Part shown: one piece after another, positions 1-12,243 of the stretch
Layout of the letters: every line of letters starts with the position of its first letter
How positions within the stretch are numbered: the first letter of the stretch is position 1
Origin: Daphnia carinata
Lineage: Eukaryota
Assembly: GCF_022539665.2 (NCBI RefSeq)
Contig: NC_081331.1
Span: 1,798,001-1,862,000 of the forward strand
Length of the DNA stretch: 64,000 nt
Direction: 5' to 3'
Program-made: the position numbers and the translations under genes
The notes under the pieces: model-generated
The model's database searches: none
What the model was told of the DNA's origin: nothing
Seen by the model: only the letters and a program-made list of their open reading frames with translations

Positions 1-1
1 C

Positions 2-362
2 TGTGCCACTCCCGGTCAAGTGATTGTTCTTTCCATCGACGACATCACTAACGGACTCGGAGACGACGTTGAATATCTTCTGGATGGCAACAAAAGAGGT
101 AGGACGGGAATGATGAAATTTTTACACGAGCGAATAGAGAATAAAAACAAACCAGTTACCTTTATCTTAAAGTAAAAAGAATAACAATGGGAAAAAACAA
201 ATTTTCTTTTTGATATTGAAATTGCTGCGGAGTTCTTGTTTTTTTGGGTCATCAGGTGACTGTGTCCCACCCCTGTCCAACCAAGAAACAAGTCCCTCAC
301 TGTGTACGTGGTGCTGCTATTACGTTACGCTCTTACATTCCTCGTACAACGTCTTGAAGTAG
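2..362 (+). CDS. 3' end (last two coding exons) of an unidentified gene that begins upstream of the window
   Basis: Open frame from base 2 (CATPGQVIVLSIDDITNGLGDDVEYLLDGNKR) to donor G|GTAGGA at 98/99. A pyrimidine-rich acceptor CATCAG|256 continues in phase 1 (GDCVPPLSNQETSPSLCTWCCYYVTLLHSSYNVLK) to TAG 360-362. Family not recognised. Confidence 0.55.
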
Positions 363-3300
363 ATGAACATGTTACGTGATGACCATCACCACGTAGGTGA
401 CTCGTTTGAGGTTAACCACAAACATGGGGTACCCATAAAATATTGCCCTGGAGCCCCCTCAAGAAAAGAAGAAGAAAATGAAAACCAAATTCCAAAATGC
501 TCGGGAAAGAAAAATTCTCTTTACTCCGAAACGTTAATAATCAACACACCAGTGATGGTGTGTGTCGTCTTTACCTTCCCTCTCATCTCATCAGTTTCTT
601 TTATTTTTTTTTTTTTCTTGCCTTTCGGTCTTAACGTGTATACAACCTAGACGAAGGTAGAGGAAGATGAAAGAAGAAGACAACAAAAGCTAATGGCTTA
701 TTCGTTCCGTAACGTTCTGGGAGGTCGCTAGTTGTAGAAGAAAGAAGAAGGTATTTTCGGCTAACTAACAATCTCGGACGCGCGGCGGTGGACCTTCGCT
801 TCCTTTATACTTGTGTCTGCGTAAGCGCCCTCGTTAAACGAGCATAGAAAAGGATAGAAGTCGGCACGGCTCTACATGCACTAGAGCTCAAGCAAACTGC
901 CTATTAACGAGAGTGAAAAATTACCATTCCCCACTTTTTTTATATTATCTAAACGTTTAAGAATTTTTTGAAAAAGGGGAGTTTTTCAAATTTATTTTTT
1001 CTTTCCCAAACCCCCCCCCCCCCTCCAAAACCACCAAATGATGAAGACTCTCTTCATCCCCGAATCTTCTTCATCTCATTTTCCCCCAAAATTATTCTAT
1101 AAAAAAAAAGGCCGGAATTTTGAAAAAAAAAAAATAAAATAAAATATTAATAGACCCAAATATGTTGTTGTAAGAGAACGGAAATAATTAAATATTCTTT
1201 TTTTTTTTATTGTATTGTGCTATGGCCAGCAGATGATACTGCAGATAGACAGTACCGTTGCAGTGAACGGCCGTTCCGAGTGTGTTGTTGTTTTTGTGTT
1301 ATTTTCAATCGAGATAACCGGGTAGAAGGAGAAAGGATAGACGAGCAGACAACTAAACAAGAAAAAAAGATATTTGAAAAATGCGGACGTCGAGTCCGAG
1401 GTTATACGATGACGGTTATATCCACACGAACTATCCAGCCGTGCATATCTACGTACAGTGTATATACGAAAACTATTTCTTTGATCTTTTTTTTTTTTTC
1501 TTTCTGTCTTGATCTTTTATCTCCCTTTTTTTTTCTCCTCTCTCTCTCTCTTCTGTATATACATACTTCGTCATGTTATAACAGCCTATACACGCATGGA
1601 AAGTTGAGAGGGTTATACACAGCGAAATAGAAGAAGAAAGGGGTGATGAATAGAATCTGAACTGCGGTCTATCTGTTAAGCAGTCGTCAAGTCCTCGGAC
1701 CGCCCATAAGTAAGTTGAGGACTTAGAAAAAAAAAAAAAACTTGGAAAAATACAAACCGAGGACTTGTATAGCTAATAGACAAACTGGCATAGTCAACGG
1801 GAGGTTGAATAAAGGGAAAGAAGATATAGGCGACAATAAGAGAAAAGAGAGAGAGAAAACCATAAAGAAGAGGAGACACAAGAGCCCTGTCGAAAGGTAG
1901 AAAATGCTTGATGGACACTAGCATGTTGTGTCTTTTCTCTTTTCTTTCGCCAAAAAGATTTCTCTTTCGATCATTTCCGATGGGTTCGAACTCAGTTGGA
2001 GACCAGTCAGAAGGCATTTGCTCTTTTTTTTTTTTTTTTTTTCTGTTGCCATCATTTCTTAGTGGGAGCCCCCCAACAAACGACGTCAACAAACGGGAAA
2101 AGGTGCATCTTTCTAACCTAAAAAAAAGAGGTGGAAGAACACAGAGAGTGGCCATTGATCTTTTCCCACGACTCTCTTTAGCATTTCTGCTTTACGAATG
2201 CGCACGGTAGTGTCCGTTGTTGCTCAAGTCGAAGATCGTGGACACCAGGATGCGTAACTGTTTCGATAGATTTGACCTGACTCAGGCCTTTCTCCAAGAT
2301 GGGTCTGATTGGGCCAGTCAATGTAAATCGAGAGAAGTTTGGGGGGAAAAAAACGTGCAAGATGGACATAATTTATAGGATATCCCTTGTTTCGAGAGGC
2401 TCTGTTGACAGTTTTTTTTTTTTTTTTAGCAGGATGGCTTAACGGCCGCGCATTTCAGATGCAATCACGATATCTCGTAATGTTTGAGAACTTTTCCTTG
2501 ACTGTTTGTGTTTGTTTTTTTTTTTAACGCTTTTTCATTCTCTCGTTTGGAACATACTCGACGATAAGCCAGAAAGCCTAGGTTTCAGCACGCCGTCTTT
2601 TCTTTTTTTTTTGTTCAATTCCAAAAATCGGAAAAAAAAAAAATAAATAAAATCAAGCCAAACTTTTCTCCCTCCTTTCTTACAAGTTCTTTTTTAGCCC
2701 CCGAAACGAAAGCGTATCAGACGGATATACAAAGGCCCTATAACTTACATAGGGCTACATTCCACCGTACACACCTGAAAGAGCCCGCCCGCCATCATCA
2801 CTCTAACTCGCCGCTTGATGATTATAACCGCTACAATTGAGTGGGGGGGGGGGGAAGAGTTTTTAAAAAATATATAGATACATATAGTGTATAGTCAAAT
2901 GTATTAAATACCTTCATCATTTTCATATACTAGGTTTTTTTTTTTTTTATACACAAAAAATAAAAATAAATGTGTCGCTGCTTTATGGATACTTGGCTTG
3001 CTACGGTGGTGGCGTGGCTACTGAAGAGTGAATAATAAAAATGGGCCATCCGGCGGTGAGTTGTGTGTTAAATAGGGCTAGGTGATGCACGTACAAACAC
3101 AGAGAGTACAGTACAGCGACAAGCGGCACACCGATATTATAATGGTATAGAAGCCGTCAATGATTCATCATCAATTTGGGAAGTATTCAGGCAGACGCAG
3201 AAATGGAACCGTCTTTCTTTTGTTTGATTATTCCCTAGTTTATAAGGACGACATCAATTTCTGGGAGAGAGGGACAAACACTTCTTCAATTGCTCAAACT

Positions 3301-6240
3301 TTCCAGGTGTTTTGCTTCTGTTGGCTACCTGTTCATGACACATTCACAGAAAAAAAATGAAATTGAAGAAACACGGGAAAAACTACGGAACTGGAAATAC
3401 TTCTTCAAAAAGTAAAAACGAAAAGACGATTCAAGGACGAGCTGTAGTCATAATTTTGATCCGGCCAGCCGTGTTATCTGATGGATGCATCGCGCACTAT
3501 AGCGGTCCATCAGCATTAGTCGCAAGATGTTTCAAAACGGTAGTATAAAAAGCCATTGCCGTCTCTCCTACTTCACCTTTACGAGCGTGACTCGTTGACA
3601 TTGGCGTAGAACGTGCGCATCTACCAAGTGGCATCTTTTAAACAATAAAAAAAAAAAAAAAAAGGAAAATGAAAAACGGAAATGTTTTACTAATACCTTA
3701 TTTCTCTTTGGCTCGGAGGGGAATGATCTCCAATTTCAACGTGCTGATGATGGCCAAGAAAAAAGAAAAGAGATTCATTTTTTTTTTTTTTTTTTTTGTT
3801 CTGGTCACACAGTCACAAAGAGATAAAAGAGAAGGATATTATTTTTATATTCCTATTTCACTCTTTGAATTCATCTTTTTTTTTTTTTTTTACTCTTCTC
3901 GTGTGTGCCAGTAGACAAATGTCCTCCCAGTTTCCCAATGCATCAGCACCGCGTCTCTCTCTCTCTCTCTCTCTTTTTACCATCTTCTTCCTTAATACCT
4001 TCATCGACCCCCTTATTCCTCTTTTCCAATGACCAGAAGAAGCCGATGAAGAAGAAGAAAAGTCTCTTTCCCCCCCCCCCCCCCCCAAATATGAATGGCG
4101 GCTTTTTTCCTTTGATTTCCCCCATCCTGATGCACAGTCTCCGGATGGCCTCTCTTCTTCTTCTTTCCCCGGATCTCCTGCACATTGAAGAAACCCCCCC
4201 CCCCCCCCCTTAACAAAAAAAAAAAAGAAGTTTGAACCCTTAGGCCATCCGCCACCACTGAATGCCTCCCCCCGCCTAACCACCACACCATTTTTTCTTC
4301 TTGCCATGCTTGGTGGTACCTATAGTTAGATGGATATATATATATATATATATAGGTATGGTAGTGGTGGGACAGACACACCTCAGCCAGGAGAAAGAAA
4401 AGTGGGAGGGACCTGCGCGACTTGGGGCAAAGCACCACCACATAGAAGAAGAGGACACATAAGAAAATGGTATAGGTTAAAAAAGGAAAGAAAGAAAGAA
4501 AAAAAAAAAAAAAAAAAAAGGTACAAGGCCCGAGCAAACCAGTGGGGGGGTTTCTAACTCTTGTCTATGAGGAAAACGTCAGTCTTGTGAAGCTACGAGA
4601 ACAGGGTGGACACGACAACTCGTCGACGAGTTGTAGCGACCCCCAATTCACTTGTGCGTGTAACAGTTTTCAATTAAAAACAAGTGGCTTTCTCGTGTGT
4701 GTACATTTCACACCCTGGCACCACGGTACCTGTTTGATTGGAACTGGTTGGTTTTTGATTCGAGACGATCGTTAAATTGCCTGAACTCGAGTGTGTGACG
4801 CATAATCGAAATCCTTTTACCTTGAAGATTCTGATTGGCGTAAGGACCCCCAAACGAAAAACGTTTGAATCTTTTTTTTTGTTTTTTTCCTGTGCCTTTT
4901 TAGAAGAGACATTGATTGCCGTTTGTTTCACGGCTCGTTGAGTTCTGATGCGATTGGATGTCGTAAAAAGATTACGAAAAGAGGCGTGCCTGACTCACCT
5001 GTTGGACACCGTTTTTCGCGAAAAAACAAAAACAAAAAACCTTTCAGAGTATCAGCCGAACTTGATGGCTCGTTTCTTCGTTCGCGCGCCAAATTGTTGT
5101 TGTTTTACGGGAGGCCATCAAGCAGCAGCCATTGATTACTTTCGGCTATCTCGAAGTCAGGAAGCCCCTCAAGTCATCGACGGTTTTGAAAGTTTTGGAA
5201 GGAAAAGAGCTTGTTGCTTGATTGCCTCGTCTTGCGGTGGTGTCTTTCGACAACAGTGTTAGTGCTCCTATACACACACACACATATCTACTCAAACGCC
5301 ATTCGTGGAGGGTCTACTCGTCCTGTACACCTTATTTACCGCAGGCAGTAAAGGAACAAAAAAAAAGAAACAAAACAAAACAATATTAGAAAGGCCCTGG
5401 AGCCCTGGTGAACCCTTTTTTTTTTAAGCCTTCTTAGCGCAGACAATTTTGAAACACGCGCGGGTTCGGTCGGACAAGTTTGGTGGTCGCCACCGTGTGT
5501 CACGATTCTGTTGCGTCTACACTCGTGTGTGATAGTGCATCATCAACCATTGTCTTTCTGAAGGGTTGGATGGCATTCTGTTATCGAGACGTTACCCCCT
5601 TCAGTTCTACGCCGTCAACTTTAATCGTCATCATCTGTTTTTCGTTCTGTTTGAACGCATTTTTTTGTTTGTTCGGTCCTACTGGGCGATCGAGATTTGG
5701 ATGAAGGAAAGAAACAAAAGACTGCCACTTTAAAAGAGACTTAACCGGTCTTTTCTTCTTTCAAACTACAATTGGGGAAACGAATAAAAAAAAAAAAAAA
5801 TTAATTTATCTTTCGACTTGATCTCCACAAAGGGGTTGGTTAGTGAAGGGAATTTTGTTTTTTATCCGAATCACCCGCGTTCGAACATTCCAGTGGAAAG
5901 CTCTCTCGCGAAGCCGAGTGTTGTGTGTCTGCGTCAAAGAGAGAGAGTCTTATACAACATCCTTTCGTTTACCCTTACAGCAGAGCTTTAGCTTTTTCTT
6001 TTACCTACAGCGAGGCCGTATGCTAATGCGTTGACTGGCTGCTGGAAGCTGCCGGTTTCAGAACCCAAAACTCCGCCACAGAGTTTTTTTTTTTTCTTTC
6101 GTTGAGTTTGAATAATAACACGAGCGCGCGCGCTCTAACCCCCCCCCCCCCCTTGAACGGTAGTGTCGGCCGGATAGAAGAAGTCATAAACAGGAAAAAA
6201 AAAAATATCCGAAGTAAAGAAAGAAAAAAAGGGGGAAAAA

Positions 6241-6268
6241 AAGAAGAAGAAGAAGAAGAAGAAGAAGA
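6241..6268. repeat. (AAG)n microsatellite, about 9 units
   Basis: aagaagaagaagaagaagaagaagaaga read directly. Confidence 0.9.
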
Positions 6269-7205
6269 TTTACACCCAAAAAAATAAGCAGGCGCTGTTG
6301 CTACTAAGAAGAAAGAAAAGAAGATCGTCTGGAATTCCATTTTGAAGATTTTGGATTGCCTTCACGAGCATGTGTATTGTAAGTTGAAGTCGAGCGATGG
6401 AAATAACATTCCATTCTTTTCTATCATTTTCTTTTTCTTTCCTTAAAAATAGTATTCACCCATTTTTTTTTTGATTATAGGGTAGGAGGGGTGGGGAGTT
6501 AGATTTTTTTTTTGGAGTTTTTTTTTCTTTTTTCTCTCAGCTATTTCGATTTTGAAAAACCCACAATTCGTATTTTATTCATTTCCACGGATGTTTGTTA
6601 TTGTTGTGGATTTTTTCTCACACGATATATGGCCGGCAGCCCCTAGTATTATACATATTTTACAGCATATACTTGATTAATGAAACTGTGCCGATGAACT
6701 ATTGTCATGTTGTGTCGACCGATCCAATCATTTCCCAGAAGCTACGAATCGACAAATTTTTCTCCCTCTTCCCCACATTTTTACCTTTTTTTTTTTTTCC
6801 TTTTGTCTGGCCCGGCAACGTCTCGTAATCTTTCGATCGACGGCCAGTGCAGTACAGCACGTCATTTCAGTGAAAGAAAAAAAAAAAAAAAGTTAGGAAA
6901 AATGTGTATACAACAAAGTGGTGCGCTGTAATCCATTAACGAAATCACGTGAAGATGATCCAGCAGAAAAAGGTAAAAAAAAAAAAAAGAGGATTTCAAA
7001 TATGAAAAGACCTTTGGCCAGTGTATAGGTAATACTGTTCTTATATCTGTAAATTTTTATTTATGTTTGATACATGACGTTTTGAAGGAAATTTTTAGCC
7101 CCCCCCCCCCACCATCCACCTTCATCTTTCTTTATACTCCGGTTCCGCCGATGCCGCTTTTTTTTTTTTTTTTTAGTTTCCTTTCCCCTTAAAGCCGATG
7201 TTCCT

Positions 7206-7237
<32 letters not shown>

Positions 7238-10200
7238 CACAGTCATCTAATAAGTGGCCCGGTTTTATGGGCACACCAACCGACTTGTCTATACGTCTGT
7301 GTCTATAAACGCTCGCTGTATTACAGCGCTCTTCTCCCACGTTTGTAATAGGCCCTCCCCCTCTTTTCTCTTTTAATTTTTTTTTTCTTCTTCTTACAAA
7401 TTGAATCGAGGGGTTTATTATCATCAAAAAAAGAAAAGACTGTAGCACTCAATTTTTATTTTCATTTTTTTTTTTTTTGACAAGAGAATCAAGAGGAAGA
7501 AAGGAAGGGATACGGTGCCGCTTTGGTGGTTTGGGCTTTTTTGATTCGACATGCACAATAATAATCTTTTGAAATGTGTAGTGTTTAATTGAATACGAAG
7601 TGGAAAGAAAAGAAGTCGAGAACCCCTTTGTTTGTTGTGTCTTACAAAAAAAAAAAAAAAAAAATACGATCTATCCGTGCCTAACGTTGGTTAAGTCGCG
7701 ACCGTCCGAACGATATCGAACGTTGGAGTCGTGACAATGCGTTCAACATCGAACGTTGGTTCAATTTGACACTGGCCATTTCTTTTTTTGTCCTCCACCT
7801 ATTTTAATTGAAAGTATAGACACATAAAATCTTGATAACAGACAAGTTGTCACACACACACACACACACAGAAGGGGAGGGAAAAAAAAAGTCAAACAAA
7901 AAAACTTTGTCAACGCAGATTTCGGCTTATTGTCAACGTATTTTTTTTTTCCCCTTCTCTATTGCTTCGTTTTTTTCTTTCTTTAGAAACTACATGGGAT
8001 ACCTTTTTTTTCACCTCTCCCACCCCTCCTGTATGTAACAGCGACCGCGTCGGTTCCGAGTCGTCGGCTATATTATTCAATTGTTGACGCAGTTCTTGTT
8101 GTCCTCCCTTCTCCTGTTTTGCTTTTTTCTTACCTGCTCATGGGCTTGTTGTTATTGTTACAAAAAACTTGCGAAGGTAGTGCGCATAGAGGAGGTAAGC
8201 GGGGCGTCCGTCACAGGTGAGAGGGCGCGTCTCTCTCTCTTTTTTTTTTTGGGAACTTGTTACAATAATAAGGGAGACGGCTACTACAACTGGAACACAA
8301 CTCCCATTCTGTTAGTCTCAATGTCAATCTTTCACGCTCTGCCAAGCAAATGAAAAAACGGGAGAAAAAAAAGTCCCCATTTGTTTGTTGACTTGACAGC
8401 AGCTATCAAACTCCCGCGTTTTCTTTACACACGGACGGGCAGTGCGTAGTTCGCTGGAAATGTTATGTAGGGTAGCAAAACCGGTACTAATAGTTTTGAG
8501 GTACAACAACGAGCAACACCCGAAAATCCAAAGAAATAAAAGGAGACGTGGTTGTGTCTGTGTTCAATGACAGCCCACTTTCCAGGTCACACAAACATCG
8601 CAAAAGGACGCATCTTGCGGGAAATATGCGACGACCTTTTTTTTCTTTCTTTCTTTTTTATTCGTTTTACGTTTTTGCACGTCTCTCACACGGTGACGGA
8701 TATCTCCTCCTACTGCTAGCCTTTTATTTATTTTTTTTTTCCCAGCATTAAACCAAAACAACAACAAAAAAAAAAACGTAGACGCTAATAAAACATCGAA
8801 GCTTTCTCTCCTTCCCAATTCCCTTTTGAAAGTCTGCGCCATTTTGACGGCCGATTGATGTATGCACATTATTTCTTATGCCCATGTTTTTATCATGAAT
8901 TGGAAACGTTTCCGACCTCCGCCTTATTTGGGGACGGGGGAGAGGGAGAGAGAGTCTGGTTTTTTTTTTTCTCAAGTGAAAGGCGCAGTGAACAACAACA
9001 GCAAATATGGCCAAAGTCAAACAACAACAAAATGGTTGTCGGACTACGAGAAGAACAGACCGTTGGGACGCATAGATTTGTGGAAGACGAAATTCATCGG
9101 TGCATACGATTTCAAGGTCTATCATTTGATTGGCGAAGGCCGCACCATTCGCTTAGCATCTCGTCTACTATCAAAAGCGAAAATTGCTTAAAAAGCTTTA
9201 AGAGACGTTGTGTTCCGTGATGGGATCCAGCCAAGCGAAAACATTCCGACTGATGGACCCGCAGCAAAGGTGCTACCCCTCCGGGCTGTTTTTGCTTTCC
9301 AATCTTCCTCTTTCCATCACTTCTTTTTTGATGGGAAAAATAACAAAAAGGGGGAGAGGGATCACAAGGGTCACCGAACACAAATCAAAAACGTTCAAAA
9401 CGTTTTTGCTGATGAAGATACGCGCACGGAAATGGGGTAAAACTACGACAATCCTGTAGGATAAACAAACAGCTACTTGACATAGAAATCTATCTAATCA
9501 TAACGCCCTCTATTTCTCTGTGGTTAAGCAAATGCCAAGGGAGGGGGACAAGTAATCTTTTAATCACAACTTTTTGTTGGTCCAAAAAAAAAAAAAAAAA
9601 AAAATCCGGTGCGGAACTTTGAATGTTCTTAATCAGTTTGCCTTAATCTCTTCCGTCATCACCGGAATGTCTAATTCTCTCTTCCTGTGGATGTGGGTGT
9701 CCTGATCAAACGTTGTGGTATGTCGCAGTCTGCCTACTTTTAGCGCATTGAAATTCACGTGAAATAGGAGAATGAAACGTAAAAAAGAAATAGTTTAGTG
9801 TGAACTATGCAGAGCGAGAAATAACTCATCGTATCATTGTCCATCCCCCCCCCCCCCCCCCCCCCCAGTCTGTTGTCGACTGCAGATGTCGAGCCACATT
9901 CCAGCAGATAGGAAGATTAAAGAGCATACGGATATCTGATCCGGTTTCTCGTCATGGAACACTTTGGACCTGCGGTGGGTGATGGACGATGACACACAAG
10001 AGAGCGTATTATAAGATCTCTTCAACGTTCCTTTTCCCCATAGCATCAAGTCTATTGGTTTTTCTTCCTATTCGTCGCGTGTCTAGTTGCTCGTTTTTGG
10101 ATATTTTTCCTGTTTTTTATTTACACTATTCTGACCAGTTGGAATCTCCTCATACTTTTTTATTTGTTTGTTGTTTATCGCTTTTATTTTCGGCTAGAAT

Positions 10201-10927
10201 GGGAAAAAAAAAAAAATAAAATAAAAAGAATAGGGCAAAAATTCAGAACATGACTGGTTGTGGTAATACCTGCGGAGAGCAACGTCGTCATCGAGTTACC
10301 CGCCCAATTCCTCAGATCTTATTACCCACCCAAGATGGAAATCGAGTCCATCTCTTCATCATCGAGTCCTCTCACTCGTCATTCATATCATTCCTCAACG
10401 GATTTGGAGCTTTTCTTTTTTACTCGTTCAAGTCCCTCAGCTGCGTATCTTTTGGCAGGTCGTCCGATTTCACAATAACCAGATGCTGCTGTCATTTTCT
10501 AAGGGAATTTCGATCGTCACCGTCATCCATATTGGCATTGTTTAGTTTCGGCTGCTTCACATTCCATTACCAATTCGAGCGGTAACACATGTACTAGGTG
10601 ATCCCATTTTGTTTTTCCCCTTTTTTGTCCAACAAATATCAGCTGGATGCACATTCAATGTTCGAGTTGTTGACGTTTGTTTGAATATCTGATTGGCCGC
10701 ATTTTGCGTTTGATGTTCTACGAAAATCAAACGTCTGAAAGAGTCTCGTGCCACCCTGGCTGCTGACGTCTCTGCTCCGGTCTTCGTTATGACTTTGATG
10801 CAAGGGCCACCGGGATCAAATGTTACCAACAGTTTGAAAGACTGGGAACAAAAAGGAGATCAGCGCATTCTTGGAAGACGATTACTGGAATTTCGAGGAA
10901 GAACTCGGTGGAGTGAAAAGACAGACA

Positions 10928-10928
<1 letters not shown>

Positions 10929-10973
<45 letters not shown>
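10929..10973. repeat. (AC)n microsatellite, about 22 units
   Basis: Perfect AC run read directly. Confidence 0.95.
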
Positions 10974-10975
<2 letters not shown>

Positions 10976-11316
10976 GTAGCAAGCGATCAATCACAAACTT
11001 GAACCTGGCCCGTCGTCCACAACTCTTACAGTTGTTCGTTCCGGCTTATTTTTATTCTATTCATTCGCCTTGCTTCATTTCGTATGTATATATTATATAT
11101 ACTTTTTTTGTTGTTGTCTAGATTTCGTTGCTTTGATTGTTGCCTGTTGCGTGTTGAATGGCGGACGGGCCAATAGAATTACGTCTACCGGCAACACAGT
11201 CAGTACATAAGTCAGAACCACTACTCAATTCGTTTAGATTTGTTGCTGCTTTTTTTGGTTGAGTTCACGCGGGCATCACGCACGAACGTTTTGATCATGT
11301 TTATTTTCTTCTTTTT

Positions 11317-11343
11317 TTCTCTCTCTCTCTCTCTCTCTCTCTC
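11317..11343. repeat. (CT)n microsatellite
   Basis: Perfect TC run read directly. Confidence 0.9.
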
Positions 11344-12243
11344 CTTCGTTGACTGCGAAAATGGGCGTCGACGGTTGGTGTTTTTTGGCGCGGTTGGTGG
11401 TTTGCGTGTCAAAACTGATTCCAGTCTGGTTGTTACACACAACGGAATCAGAATTCACACATTTTCTAGAGAAAACAAAAGAAATAAGAAGAGAGCGTGT
11501 GGTTATATATCTCGGCGTTCGTCTTTTGTTTTGATGGATTCCCCCGTTTTTTTGTTTTTTTTTTTATCCTTCTCCCCCCCCCCCACTTGCATCAAAATTT
11601 CAAGTGAAACGTGTATCGAGAAACAATGGCCCTACCCTGTAGGTTTCTACAGGTGTTGTAGGTCGACTTCTGTCGGAGAGGCCACCAGAGGTGCCTCTCC
11701 GTGATTACATCCGATTGTTCCAAACACACACACACACACATCCATCTACTGAAGAACACATCCCTAAAAACGATACGTTATTTTTCTTGGCTGTTGTTAT
11801 TGAGACTGCCATTTGCGGTTGTCGACATGGGTCTTGTCGTCGTTCCGAAAGGCAGTCCCCCCCTTTTTTTTTCTCGTGACGTCTCTTCACGACGCCATCG
11901 GGCTTTATAGCGAATGTACGGCCCGTCCTCGTGCCAAGGCATCGTGTCACAATCTCATCCAGAGAGAGAGAAAGCGCAAGATGTCAACTTGGGAAAACAG
12001 AACGAACGATAGATGGATCGCTTCTTTTTCATTCCCCGCTTTTCTTTTTTTTTTCCTTCTCTTGTTTTCTGTTTTTTGGTACAGAAGGTTTTTTTTTTTT
12101 TCCTTTGATGACATTTCAACACGATTAGCCACTACAGAAGGACGTGGTTGATCATCACTCGTGACTAGTGAAAAACTCGGTATTTAAACGGATTGTTTTG
12201 TTTGTTTGTTTTTGAATCTGAAATTTCAGGAGGCCCCGTCGCC

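Noticed and set aside
363..12150. Dozens of ORF-track entries rich in poly-F, K, G, P and HT
   Set aside because: They are translations of homopolymers and microsatellites, with no coherent splice structure or domain.
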